From Steroidobacteraceae bacterium (GTDB lineage Bacteria > Pseudomonadota > Gammaproteobacteria > Steroidobacterales > Steroidobacteraceae): a stretch of 64,000 nucleotides of DNA. The notes beneath the pieces were generated by a model that was not told the origin of the DNA, searched no databases, and saw only the letters and a program-made list of their open reading frames with translations. The stretch spans positions 6,089-70,088 of the forward strand of contig JAXMGR010000021.1 in assembly GCA_046352935.1 (NCBI GenBank). The letters are read 5' to 3'. How positions within the stretch are numbered: the first letter of the stretch is position 1; the number at the start of each line of letters is the position of its first letter. A program made the position numbers and the translations under genes. Positions 21,428-30,519 of this stretch are shown here, one piece after another.

Positions 21428-22327
21428 TCATACGTTCGCGGCGTGCGGATCGCGCAGACCGCGCAGGCGTTTGCGGTTGAACGTCAGCACCAGGATCAGG
21501 CACAGCGTCCAGCCGGCGACCAGCCAGCCCGTGAAGCCATCGAAGCGGCTCACGAGGGCGGCGTGCGGCGCTGCGCCGGGCGGCTGCGTGAGGCCGACCG
21601 TCACTTTCAGCACCCACACCCAGCCCGCATGCAGGCCCAGGCTCGTTGCGATCGCACCCGTCCAGTGGCGCGCGAGCGCGAGCAGCACGCCGATGAGCAG
21701 CAGTGCAGCGAAGGCGTCGGCGATGCCGGCCGGATCCGCGAACGCGCGCAGCGTGCCGGCGAGCATCGTGAAGCCGGCGTCCCAGCCCGGTTCCCCGGCC
21801 GGAATGCGTGTCTTCGCGAGGAAATGCGTCGCCGCGTAGATCAGCGCGGTCGACGCGACCGCGAGCCTGATCCCGGCTTCGCGGCGCACGGCGGTGAACA
21901 TCAGGCCGCGATAGAGCGTCTCCTCGAACAGCGCGACGGCGAGCCCCGCGGTGCATCCCGACAGCAGGAGGTGCAGCAGCCGCGCGGTGTCGACGCCGGG
22001 CCCGGGCGGGCGCAGGTCGAGGACGATCATCGCGGCGGCGACCGGCAGCATCGTCAAGACGCCGAGCGCGAGGGCCAGCGCGAACTGGCGCAGGAACTCG
22101 CGCTGCGGCAGGCCGTAGCCCCAGTCGGCGCGGCCCGCGAGCCCGAGCCGGCGTATCACCAGGCCGATCGCGACGAGCATCGCGAGCTGCCACGAACGGC
22201 TCATCACCTTGTTGAACACCCAGTCGGGGTCGATGGCGTGCGCGAGGGTGTACAGCGGCCGGGCGAGCACGGCGACCGCGAGCATGGTGCCCGCGATCGC
22301 AAGCCAGAAGGCGAGGACGGCGCGCAT
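21428..22327 (-). CDS. CPBP (CAAX/Abi) family intramembrane glutamic endopeptidase
   Basis: Polytopic membrane protein with the motifs FEETLYRGLMF, ...ATHF... and ...LGLHAGW... characteristic of CPBP proteases. Its start lies 24 bp downstream of the hemL stop. Confidence 0.75.
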   Translation of the reverse strand: MRAVLAFWLAIAGTMLAVAVLARPLYTLAHAIDPDWVFNKVMSRSWQLAMLVAIGLVIRRLGLAGRADWGYGLPQREFLRQFALALALGVLTMLPVAAAMIVLDLRPPGPGVDTARLLHLLLSGCTAGLAVALFEETLYRGLMFTAVRREAGIRLAVASTALIYAATHFLAKTRIPAGEPGWDAGFTMLAGTLRAFADPAGIADAFAALLLIGVLLALARHWTGAIATSLGLHAGWVWVLKVTVGLTQPPGAAPHAALVSRFDGFTGWLVAGWTLCLILVLTFNRKRLRGLRDPHAANV

Positions 22328-22351
22328 CGCGTCGGCCGCCTGCGCCGTGGC

Positions 22352-23656
22352 TCAGCCGCGCGCGCGGCGGAACGCGCGCGCCGCCGCCGCGACGGTCGCG
22401 TCGATCTCGGCGTCGCCGTGCGCGATCGACACGAAGCCCGCCTCGAAGGCCGAGGGCGCGAGGTACACGCCCTCGTCGAGCATCGCGTGGAAGAAGCGCT
22501 TGAAGGCCTCGACGTCGCAGGCGGTCGCCTGCGCGTAGCTCGACACCGGTCCGCGATCGGTGAAGAACAGTCCGAACATGCCGCAGACGTGGTTCGTCGA
22601 CAGCGGCACGCCGGCGTCGCGCGCGGCGCCCTCGAGGCCGCGCACCAGCCGCGTGGTCTTCTCGGCCAGCGCCTCGTAGAAGCCGGGCGCGGCGGTGGCC
22701 TCGAGTGTCGCGAGACCGGCAGCCATCGCGACCGGGTTCCCGGACAGCGTGCCGGCCTGGTACACGGGGCCGAGCGGCGCGAGCTTCGACATGATGTCGC
22801 GGCGTCCGCCGAAGGCGCCGACCGGCATGCCGCCACCCACGACCTTGCCGAGCGTCGTCAGGTCCGGGCGGATGCCGTAGAGCTGCTGCGCGCCGCCGGC
22901 GGCGACGCGGAAGCCGGTCATGACCTCGTCGAAGATCAGCACGGCGCCGTGGTCCGTGCACAGCGCGCGCATGCGCTCGAGGAAGCCGGGCGCGGGCGGG
23001 ATGCAGTTCATGTTGCCGGCCACGGGCTCGACGATGACGCCGGCGATGTGCGTGCCGTGCAGCGCGAAGCAGGCTTCCAGCGCCGCCGTGTCGTTGTAAC
23101 CGAGCGTCAGCGTGTGCTTCGCGAAGTCCGCGGGCACGCCGGGCGAGGTCGGCACGCCGAGCGTCAGCATCCCGGATCCCGCCTTGACCAGCAGTGAATC
23201 CGAGTGGCCGTGATAGCAGCCCTCGAACTTCACGATGAGGTCGCGCCCCGTGAAGCCGCGCGCGAGGCGGATCGCGCTCATGGTGGCCTCGGTGCCGGAG
23301 TTCACCATGCGCACGAGTTCGATGGACGGCACGCGCTCGATGATCCGCTTCGCGACCTCGGTCTCGATCGCTGTCGGCGCACCGAAGGACAGGCCGTCGG
23401 CGGCCTTCTCCTGCACGGCGCGGATCACGCGCGGATCGGCGTGGCCCAGGATCATCGGGCCCCAGGAGCCGACATAGTCGATGTAGCGGCGGCCGTCGGC
23501 CGACTCGACGTGCGCGCCCTTTGCGCGCGCGAAGAAGACCGGCTCGCCGCCGACCCCGCGGAAAGCGCGCACGGGAGAATTCACGCCGCCCGGAATGTAG
23601 CGGCAGGCGTCCTGGTAGAGCGTCACGCTGACCTCGTCGAATCGAAAGAAGATCAT
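22352..23656 (-). CDS. hemL: glutamate-1-semialdehyde 2,1-aminomutase
   Basis: [23 protein letters not shown], with [20 protein letters not shown] and [18 protein letters not shown] (PLP Lys). Confidence 0.95.
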   Translation of the reverse strand: MIFFRFDEVSVTLYQDACRYIPGGVNSPVRAFRGVGGEPVFFARAKGAHVESADGRRYIDYVGSWGPMILGHADPRVIRAVQEKAADGLSFGAPTAIETEVAKRIIERVPSIELVRMVNSGTEATMSAIRLARGFTGRDLIVKFEGCYHGHSDSLLVKAGSGMLTLGVPTSPGVPADFAKHTLTLGYNDTAALEACFALHGTHIAGVIVEPVAGNMNCIPPAPGFLERMRALCTDHGAVLIFDEVMTGFRVAAGGAQQLYGIRPDLTTLGKVVGGGMPVGAFGGRRDIMSKLAPLGPVYQAGTLSGNPVAMAAGLATLEATAAPGFYEALAEKTTRLVRGLEGAARDAGVPLSTNHVCGMFGLFFTDRGPVSSYAQATACDVEAFKRFFHAMLDEGVYLAPSAFEAGFVSIAHGDAEIDATVAAAARAFRRARG

Positions 23657-23723
23657 CCGCAGTCTACCAGTCCGCATTCCGCGCGCAGGACCGGCGTTCA
23701 CTGGATTCGGACGGATCCCGGCG

Positions 23724-23753
23724 ATACGGACCGCGGCGGTGCCGCCGCGGTAT
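23724..23753. promoter_or_regulatory. near-perfect palindrome in the hemL / ACAD divergent intergenic region (candidate operator)
   Basis: ATACGGACCGCGGCGGTGCCGCCGCGGTAT has 10-bp arms, ACCGCGGCGG/CCGCCGCGGT. No gene ends here, so a terminator role is unlikely. Confidence 0.35.
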
Positions 23754-23780
23754 TCACGAGAAATCGGAAGTCATGTTCTG

Positions 23781-23815
23781 GAAATCCTATGAAATCCCAT
23801 GAAGTCCTATGAATC
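23781..23815. repeat. phased 10-bp direct repeats (3.5 units) in a local AT-rich patch upstream of the ACAD operon
   Basis: GAAATCCTAT GAAATCCCAT GAAGTCCTAT GAATC. The period is exactly 10 bp. The only clearly low-GC intergenic patch I saw in the window. Confidence 0.6.
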
Positions 23816-23965
23816 AGCCGGAATCGATCGGGTCTCGCACTCTTGACGCGACGGACACCGCGCCAATACCTTTCCATCGTTCGCCGCTGGCGGCACATGC
23901 GGGTCGGGCCTGTGTTTGACGGGCACCGGCCACGATCACCATCGTTCCAGGTGCGGGTGCATCAG

Positions 23966-26233
23966 ATGACTTCCGAACATGCGACTCGGCGTGCGCTGCC
24001 GGGCGATCTTCCCTCGGACGACGACCGGCGGATGCTGCGCGAGGGCGTCCGTAGCCTGCTCGCCGGAGAATGGCCGGTGGAGAAGGCCGGCGGTTCCACC
24101 AGCGATCCCGCCCGGATCGGCGTCGTGTGGGCCGGCCTTGCGGGCATGGGCCTCGCTGGGCTCGGCATCGATCCCGCCCAGGGTGGCCTGCGCGAAATTC
24201 TCGTGGTCATGGAGGAACTCGGGCGTGCGGGTTGTCCGGCACCGATGGCAGGCGCGGCCTTGACGAACCTGGCCCGCACCGCCTGCGCGGCGGGCGGCGG
24301 GTTCCGCAGCCTGCTGGAAGCGCTGGAGCGTGGCGAGGCAGTGGTGAGCATCGCCTTCGGCAGCAGCGACGGCGATCCGAATTCGGGCGGCGCGCAGTTC
24401 ACCGGGCAGGTACTGAACGGCCGGATCGCGTTCGTCGAGGGTCTGGAGGTCGCCACCGACATCCTGGTGCTCGCCGATCCGGGGCCGGTGCTGGCGCGGG
24501 TGCGTCGGGATGCGCCGGGGCTCGGCGTGGTCGCGACACCGGGATTCGCCGTGCCACCGCTCGCGGAGCTCACGTTCACGAACACGCCGGCCCAGGCGTT
24601 CGCGATGCCGCCCGGGCTCGCCGACGACCTCAACCGGCTGGCGCGCCTCCTGATGATCGCGCGCGCGTTCGGGGCGGCGACGCGGGCTTTCGAGCAGGTG
24701 GTCGCCTACGCGCGGGAACGCGAGCAGTTCGGGCAGCCGATCGGCCGTTTCCAGGCGATCCAGCACAAGCTCGCGACCTGCCTCATGAGCCTGGAGGCGG
24801 TGCGGCCGATGCTGGAGCAGGCGGCTGCGGCCTTCGATGAGGACCAGCCGGTCTGGCGGATGTTCGCCTCGGCCGCCTGGGCGTTCGCCGGGCCGGCGCT
24901 CAGGCAGGTTTCGCTGGAGACGCACCACACCTTCGGCGCCATCGGTTACTCGGAGGAGCACGAGGCGCCGCGGCATTTCCGCCGGGTCCACGCCGATCTC
25001 GTGCGCTTCGGCGGCGTGCGACGGGCCCGCGAGGAACTCGCACGCTACCTGATCGACGAGGGTCAGGACCTGCCGGACCACGACCTCGGTCCCGCCGGCA
25101 ACCGCTTCCGCGAGGAAGTGCGCGCGTGGCTCGGCGAGTACTGGTCGGGCGGGCGCAAGACGCGCTACGACCGCCAGCCGCTGCACGAGCGCTGGATCGA
25201 TCGCGATTTCACGGCCGCGCTCGGCGCGAAGGGCTGGACGACGCTGAGCTGGCCCGCCGCGTTCGGCGGCCAGGCGCGCAGCCCGATGGAACAGCTCGCG
25301 TTCAAGGAAGAGCTGTACCGCGTGCAGGCGCCCATGGTGGGCGAGAGCGAGATCCAGGCGCATGCCGTCATGATGTTCGGCACGCCGGCGCAGCAGGGCG
25401 AGTACCTGCCGAAGCTGCGTACGGGCGAGATCTCGTTCTGCCTCGGCTACAGCGAGCCGCACGCGGGCTCGGACCTCGCGGCGCTGTCGACGCGCGCCGT
25501 GCGCGACGGCGACGAGTGGGTCATCAACGGCCGCAAGGTCTGGACGACGGGCGCCGAGTTCGCGGACTACATGTGGCTCGCGGCGCGCACCGACCCGGAC
25601 GCAAAGCCGAAGCACGCCGGCATCAGCATGTTCATCGTGCCGATGAAGGCACCCGGCATGACCATCCGGCCGTCGATGGCGCTCTACGGTCACACGTTCT
25701 GCGAGGAGACGCTCGAGAACGTGCGAATCCCGGCCGCGAATCTCGTCGGTCCGCTGAACGGCGGCTGGAAGATCCTGACCTCGGCGCTCGCCACCGAGCG
25801 TATCGTGATGGGCAGTTTCGTGGCGCGGCTGCGCGCGGAGTTCGAGTGCCTGCTCGCCTTCCTGCGCGGTGCAGGCCGGTCGCAGGGCGCGGATCCGACG
25901 GTCAGGGACCGCATCGGCGCGCTGGCGGGCGAGATCGAGGCCGCGCGGCAGCTCGTGATCCAGAGCGTGCGGATGATGGAACAGGGCAAGGTGCCGGTGC
26001 ACGAGGCTGCGATGAGCAAGGCGTTCACGGCCGAGCTCATGAGCCGCATGGGCGAGACGGTGCTCGACATCGTCGGTACGGGCGGCACCCTGCACGAGGG
26101 CTCGGCCGGGGCGGTCACCGATGGCCGCCTGGAGCAGAGCCTGCGCCAGTCGATCATGATGGTGGTCGGCGGCGGGTCGGCGGAGATCCAGCGCAACCTC
26201 ATCGCGCAGCGGGGCCTCGAACTGCCGCGTTGA
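23966..26233 (+). CDS. single-chain double acyl-CoA dehydrogenase: N-terminal degenerate ACAD module fused to a C-terminal FAD-binding ACAD module
   Basis: 755 aa, two tandem ACAD-length halves. The N-half has a degenerate FAD loop (AFGSSDGD) and no Glu at either known base position (NRLARLL; VRFGGV). The C-half has GYSEPHAGSD and KVWTTGAEFADY, plus a Glu at the IVD/LCAD-type base position (LATERIVMG), but GGGSAEIQ instead of YEG. Confidence 0.8.
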   Translation: MTSEHATRRALPGDLPSDDDRRMLREGVRSLLAGEWPVEKAGGSTSDPARIGVVWAGLAGMGLAGLGIDPAQGGLREILVVMEELGRAGCPAPMAGAALTNLARTACAAGGGFRSLLEALERGEAVVSIAFGSSDGDPNSGGAQFTGQVLNGRIAFVEGLEVATDILVLADPGPVLARVRRDAPGLGVVATPGFAVPPLAELTFTNTPAQAFAMPPGLADDLNRLARLLMIARAFGAATRAFEQVVAYAREREQFGQPIGRFQAIQHKLATCLMSLEAVRPMLEQAAAAFDEDQPVWRMFASAAWAFAGPALRQVSLETHHTFGAIGYSEEHEAPRHFRRVHADLVRFGGVRRAREELARYLIDEGQDLPDHDLGPAGNRFREEVRAWLGEYWSGGRKTRYDRQPLHERWIDRDFTAALGAKGWTTLSWPAAFGGQARSPMEQLAFKEELYRVQAPMVGESEIQAHAVMMFGTPAQQGEYLPKLRTGEISFCLGYSEPHAGSDLAALSTRAVRDGDEWVINGRKVWTTGAEFADYMWLAARTDPDAKPKHAGISMFIVPMKAPGMTIRPSMALYGHTFCEETLENVRIPAANLVGPLNGGWKILTSALATERIVMGSFVARLRAEFECLLAFLRGAGRSQGADPTVRDRIGALAGEIEAARQLVIQSVRMMEQGKVPVHEAAMSKAFTAELMSRMGETVLDIVGTGGTLHEGSAGAVTDGRLEQSLRQSIMMVVGGGSAEIQRNLIAQRGLELPR

Positions 26234-26345
26234 GCGCGCGGCCCCGCCCGACGGAGCGGGGCAATACATGTGTCTGTGGCCGCGAACGCCGACCGGGGCA
26301 CGCCCATCAGTGACGGGAAACTTGGATGACAGGGGAGCCAGGGTC

Positions 26346-28706
26346 ATGACGGTAGCGGACAACACGCCGATCATCGTCGGTGCAGGGCAATTCACCGAGC
26401 GGCTCGACTCGCCGGGTTATCAGGGGCTGTCGCCTTCCGACATCGCGGCAAAGGCGGCCGAGAACGCCCTGGCCGATGCCGGTGCTGCGCAGGCCCTGCG
26501 CAGTGCGATCGATGTGATCGCGACGACGCGGACCTTCGAGGATTCCGGTCCGGCGCCGGCAGCCTTCGGCAAGACCGACAATTTCCCGCGCTCCATCGCG
26601 AAGCGACTCGGCATCGATCCCCGTTACGCCCTCTGGGAGAAGGCGGGGGGCAACACGCCGCAGCAGCTCGTGAGCCAGTTCTGCGAGGAGCTCGCCGCCG
26701 GCAATGCGCAGGCCGTGCTGCTCGCGGGTGCCGAGGCGATCTCGACCGTGCGCCACCTGTCGTCGAAGGGCGAGAAGCGTGACTGGGCCGAGCACGCGGA
26801 GGGGCAGGTCGAGGACCACGGCTGGGGACTCAAGGGCCTGGTCACGTACTACAACGCCAAGCACCGCATCACCGGCGCACCCGCCGGTTACGCGCTGCTC
26901 GAGAACGCGCGCCGCCGCCGGCTCGGCATGACGCGCGACGCCTACGCGCGCGAAATGGGCCGCCTGTTCGCTCCGTTCTCGCGTGTCGCCGCGGCGAATC
27001 CGTACAGCTGCTCGGCGGTGACCGGCTACACGGCCGAGGACATCATCACCGTCGGCGAGCGCAACCGGATGATCTCGGATCCGTATCCGCAGCGCGTCGT
27101 CGCCAGGGACCAGGTGAACCAGGGCGCGGCCGTCGTGCTGACGACGGTGGGGCGGGCCCGGCAGCTCGGCATCGCCGAGAGCCGGTGGGTCTATCTGCAC
27201 GGCTATGCTGCACTCAGCGAACGCGAGATCATGGAACGGCAGGACCTCGGTGCCTCACCGGCCGCGCGCCTCGCGGCCACGGCCGCGCTCGAGGCCGCGG
27301 GCGTCGGTGCCGATGACATCCGGCACTTCGATTTCTACAGCTGCTTCCCGATCCCCGTGTTCAACGTGGCCTGCGACGCGCTGGGGCTGTCGCCGGAAGA
27401 TCCACGCGGGCTGACCGTCACGGGCGGACTGCCGTACTTCGGCGGACCCGGCAACAACTACTCGATGCATGCGATCGCCTCGATCGTCGAGAAGCTGCGC
27501 GCGGACCCGGGCTGTTACGGTTTCGTCGGCGCGAACGGCGGCTGGATGTCCAAGTACGCGGTCGGCGTCTACTCCACGCGTCCCGCGGCGTGGAAGGCCT
27601 GCGACAGCGAACCGCTGCAGTCACGCATCGATGCCCTGCCGGCGCCGGTCGTGCTGCAGGAAGCTGATGGCGAGGCGATGATCGAGACTTACACGATCGC
27701 CTACCAGAAGGGACAACCGGCGTACGCGCTGGTGGTCGGGCGGCTCGTCCCGGGCAATGAGCGCTTCCTCGCGCTGAGCCAGGACGGCGACGCCGAGACG
27801 CTGGCCGCGATGCTGAAGGAGGATCCGCTGGGCCGGCGCATCCACGTACGTTCCCTGGGCGTCGGCAATCGCTTCGCCTTCTCGGCCCGGCGCCTGGACG
27901 AACTGTTCCCGCCGGGCCCGAAGAAGCTGCGCGATCGCTATGAGCACTGCCTCGTCGAGCGGCGCGGCCACCTGCTCGAGGTCACGATCAACCGCCCCGA
28001 GTCACGCAACAGCCTGCACCCGATGGCCGGCGAGGAACTCGCGGAGATCTTCGACGCCTGGGAGGCCGACGACGATCTCTGGGTCGCGATCCTGACCGGC
28101 GCGGGCACCGAGGCCTTCTGTTCGGGCAACGATCTCAAGTATTCGGCTTCGGGCAAGCCGGTCTGGATGCCGAAGTCGGGGTTCGCGGGCATCACGCGCC
28201 GGCGCCGCGTCAAGCCGCTCATCGCCGCAGTGAATGGCATTGCCATGGGCGGTGGCACCGAGATGGCGCTGGCCTGTGATCTCGTGGTGGCGGACGAGAA
28301 GGCGGTGTTCGCGCTGAGCGAGGTCCGTGTCGGCCTGTTCGCGGGTGCGGGTGGCATCGTGCGGCTGCCGCGCCAGGTTCCGAAGAAGATCGCCATGGAG
28401 ATGATCCTCACGGGCCGTCGCGCGGGTGCCGAGGAAATGCAGGGTTGGGGGCTCGTGAACCGCGTCGTGCCGGCGGGCACGGCGCTCGAAGCGGCCCGCA
28501 GGCTTGCCGAGGAAGTCCTCGAGGGCTCACCGACTTCGGTGCGGCTGTCCATGGAGGTCATGAACCATGCGGAGGGCATCCCTGTGGAGGTCGACGCCGT
28601 GCAGTTCCCGCCGCACGTCATCGACGACCTGATCACCAGCGAGGATGCCTTCGAGGGCCCGACGGCCTTCGCGCAGAAGCGCAAGCCGAACTGGAAGAAC
28701 CGCTGA
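26346..28706 (+). CDS. tri-domain fusion: thiolase-like domain without Cys nucleophile, beta-barrel (TLP1/DUF35-like OB) domain, and enoyl-CoA hydratase (crotonase)
   Basis: 786 aa. The N-terminal ~390 aa have a thiolase fold pattern, but EKAGGNTPQQL sits where thiolases carry the ACxSG nucleophile, and GGLPYFGGPGNNYSMHAI replaces the GHP/C-G-G motifs. Residues ~440-500 (GEAMIETYTIAYQKGQPAYALVVGRL) look like an OB/beta-barrel. The C-terminal ~260 aa are a crotonase (AILTGAGTEAFCSGNDL; AAVNGIAMGGGTEMALACDLVVA; ALSEVRVGLFAGAGG), with both catalytic Glu positions present. Confidence 0.75.
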   Translation: MTVADNTPIIVGAGQFTERLDSPGYQGLSPSDIAAKAAENALADAGAAQALRSAIDVIATTRTFEDSGPAPAAFGKTDNFPRSIAKRLGIDPRYALWEKAGGNTPQQLVSQFCEELAAGNAQAVLLAGAEAISTVRHLSSKGEKRDWAEHAEGQVEDHGWGLKGLVTYYNAKHRITGAPAGYALLENARRRRLGMTRDAYAREMGRLFAPFSRVAAANPYSCSAVTGYTAEDIITVGERNRMISDPYPQRVVARDQVNQGAAVVLTTVGRARQLGIAESRWVYLHGYAALSEREIMERQDLGASPAARLAATAALEAAGVGADDIRHFDFYSCFPIPVFNVACDALGLSPEDPRGLTVTGGLPYFGGPGNNYSMHAIASIVEKLRADPGCYGFVGANGGWMSKYAVGVYSTRPAAWKACDSEPLQSRIDALPAPVVLQEADGEAMIETYTIAYQKGQPAYALVVGRLVPGNERFLALSQDGDAETLAAMLKEDPLGRRIHVRSLGVGNRFAFSARRLDELFPPGPKKLRDRYEHCLVERRGHLLEVTINRPESRNSLHPMAGEELAEIFDAWEADDDLWVAILTGAGTEAFCSGNDLKYSASGKPVWMPKSGFAGITRRRRVKPLIAAVNGIAMGGGTEMALACDLVVADEKAVFALSEVRVGLFAGAGGIVRLPRQVPKKIAMEMILTGRRAGAEEMQGWGLVNRVVPAGTALEAARRLAEEVLEGSPTSVRLSMEVMNHAEGIPVEVDAVQFPPHVIDDLITSEDAFEGPTAFAQKRKPNWKNR

Positions 28707-28713
28707 GACTCCG

Positions 28714-28745
28714 CCGGCGCACGCGGCCTCGGGCGCGTGCGCCGG
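28714..28745. terminator. GC-rich hairpin between convergent genes (terminator-like, no clear U-tract)
   Basis: CCGGCGCACGCG-GCCTCGGG-CGCGTGCGCCGG is a perfect 12-bp stem with an 8-nt loop. It lies between the stop at 28706 (+) and the stop at 28762 (-). Confidence 0.4.
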
Positions 28746-28761
28746 TCGCGGTAACGCGGCT

Positions 28762-29679
28762 TCAGTGCCGCGTGGCCCGGACTCCGCGACGCAACAGCAA
28801 TGCGGGCACGCCGTCGGCGCCGACGAGATGCAGCGCGCCGACGACGATCAGGTAGTCGCGCCCGTCGTCGAGCAGGGGCAGGATCTGCTCGACCCATCTG
28901 CGATTGCGGTCCACGACCAGCGAGGTGCGCAGCTCCGGGAATTCCTCGAACTCCTGCGACATCAACCCGTCGAGTGCTCCGAGATCGCCGCGTTTCCATG
29001 CGTCCACGAGCTCGTCCAGCTTCGCGCCGTCCTCGTCCGATTCCTCGATGGTCTTGAGCAGCAGCTGCGCCTGCAGTCCGGACGGCAGGCGGTCGAAGAG
29101 CTGGAGCTGCCCATCGGCGGTCTCGAGTCCCGTGACGGGCTTGTGGTCCCGCGCCGCGGCGGCGGCCACGAGCTGCTCGACACCGTGCTCGGCGGCGAGA
29201 CCCTGTTTCATCGCGGACTGCACCGTGACGACGAGGCTCGCGAACCACGGTTCGAACGGGGCGAGCGGCGCGAGGTCGATGCCGCGCTTTTCGGCGGCCG
29301 CATGCACCGCTGCGGCCTCGTCTCCGAGCAGGTCGTCGAGACCGCGCCCGTCCGGGTCGATCGCGCGCGCCGCCGTCGCGGTCAGCATCTCGGGCGAGGC
29401 GGTTTCGCCGGGCGGCACTTCCATGATCAGCGCTTCTGCGTCCCGGTAGGCCGCGCCGAGGCGGGATTCCGGGCTGCCCGGGAATGCGAAGTCCGTGTCG
29501 CCCAGCATGTGTACCGAGCCGAAGAGGTACACGCGGTTGTGTCGTCCCTGGATCGTCCAGAGCGCGGGCTCCGCCAGGGCTGGCGCGGCGGCCACGGCAC
29601 CCGCGCACACCATCGCGGTCACGAAGCGTCGCAGGCGATTCGAAGCCCGGCTGACCGGCCCGCCCCGTTGCGCGGTCAT
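28762..29679 (-). CDS. TraB/GumN family protein (exported)
   Basis: Signal-like N-terminus (RFVTAMVCAGAVAAAPALA). The motifs LWTIQGRHNRVYLFGSVHML, ...ALIMEV... and ...YLIVVGALHLVG are the TraB/GumN signature. The ATG overlaps the cpdA stop (ATGA). Confidence 0.75.
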   Translation of the reverse strand: MTAQRGGPVSRASNRLRRFVTAMVCAGAVAAAPALAEPALWTIQGRHNRVYLFGSVHMLGDTDFAFPGSPESRLGAAYRDAEALIMEVPPGETASPEMLTATAARAIDPDGRGLDDLLGDEAAAVHAAAEKRGIDLAPLAPFEPWFASLVVTVQSAMKQGLAAEHGVEQLVAAAAARDHKPVTGLETADGQLQLFDRLPSGLQAQLLLKTIEESDEDGAKLDELVDAWKRGDLGALDGLMSQEFEEFPELRTSLVVDRNRRWVEQILPLLDDGRDYLIVVGALHLVGADGVPALLLRRGVRATRH

Positions 29680-30476
29680 CCCTCGCCCTCGACCCATTCG
29701 ACGCGCGTGTCGATGCGGCCGTCGGGGTAGAGGTGCAGCCAGCGGTAGCCCGGCGGCCGGTCGTCGAGCGCGAAGGTCGTGCTGCCGGGCTCGAACTGCA
29801 CGCAGGTGGAGGGGGTGCCCATGAGCATCACGCCTGCGCGCATGCCGTCGAACGCCTGGTGCACATGGCCCCACACCATGCCGCGTACGTTGTCGAAGCC
29901 GTCGGTCACGCGGAACAGTTCGGCGGCGTTGCTGATCCCCAGCCGATCGAGCCAGCGGCTGCCGACGGGCACCGGGTGATGGTGCATGACGACGAGCACG
30001 TGGGCGTCGGCATGCCGGTCGAGCGACTCACGCAGCAGGGCGAGCGCCTCCGGCGACAGTTCGCCGTGGGTCGCGCCCGGCACGACGGTGTCGACGAGGA
30101 CCAGCGCCCAGGCGCCGTGGCGCACGACGGGGGCCAGGGTGAACGGTCGTGAACGCAGCGCGGCTGCAAGCGGGCTGGCCAGGTCGTGATTGCCCGCGAG
30201 GGTGTGCACGGGCACCCTCAGGCCCGACAGCGCCGCGGCGAGCAGCGGATAGGCATCGTCGTCGTCGTGGACGAGATCGCCGGTGAGCAGCAGGGCATCG
30301 GCCGGAAAATGATTCCGCCGCGCATGCGCGAGGCAGCGCGCGAACGAATCGCGGGTGTCGCCCATGCGCGGCAGCGGTGCCGCTGCCGCGGACAGGTGGG
30401 GATCCGTCAGCTGGACGAGCCTGAGCGGCTTGGTACGGCGACGCGGCGCTGGCCGCGATCCTTGCGTGCGCTCCAT
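29676..30476 (-). CDS. cpdA: 3',5'-cyclic-nucleotide phosphodiesterase (class III metallophosphoesterase)
   Basis: LVQLTDPHL, with LLLTGDLVHDDD, LAGNHD, VVMHHHP and GHVHQ. This is the complete metallophosphoesterase motif set in CpdA order. Confidence 0.8.
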   Translation of the reverse strand: MERTQGSRPAPRRRTKPLRLVQLTDPHLSAAAAPLPRMGDTRDSFARCLAHARRNHFPADALLLTGDLVHDDDDAYPLLAAALSGLRVPVHTLAGNHDLASPLAAALRSRPFTLAPVVRHGAWALVLVDTVVPGATHGELSPEALALLRESLDRHADAHVLVVMHHHPVPVGSRWLDRLGISNAAELFRVTDGFDNVRGMVWGHVHQAFDGMRAGVMLMGTPSTCVQFEPGSTTFALDDRPPGYRWLHLYPDGRIDTRVEWVEGEG

Positions 30477-30519
30477 AGGCTGCGAATCCTACCAGAGCCA
30501 CTGCTGCCGTCGGGGAACG

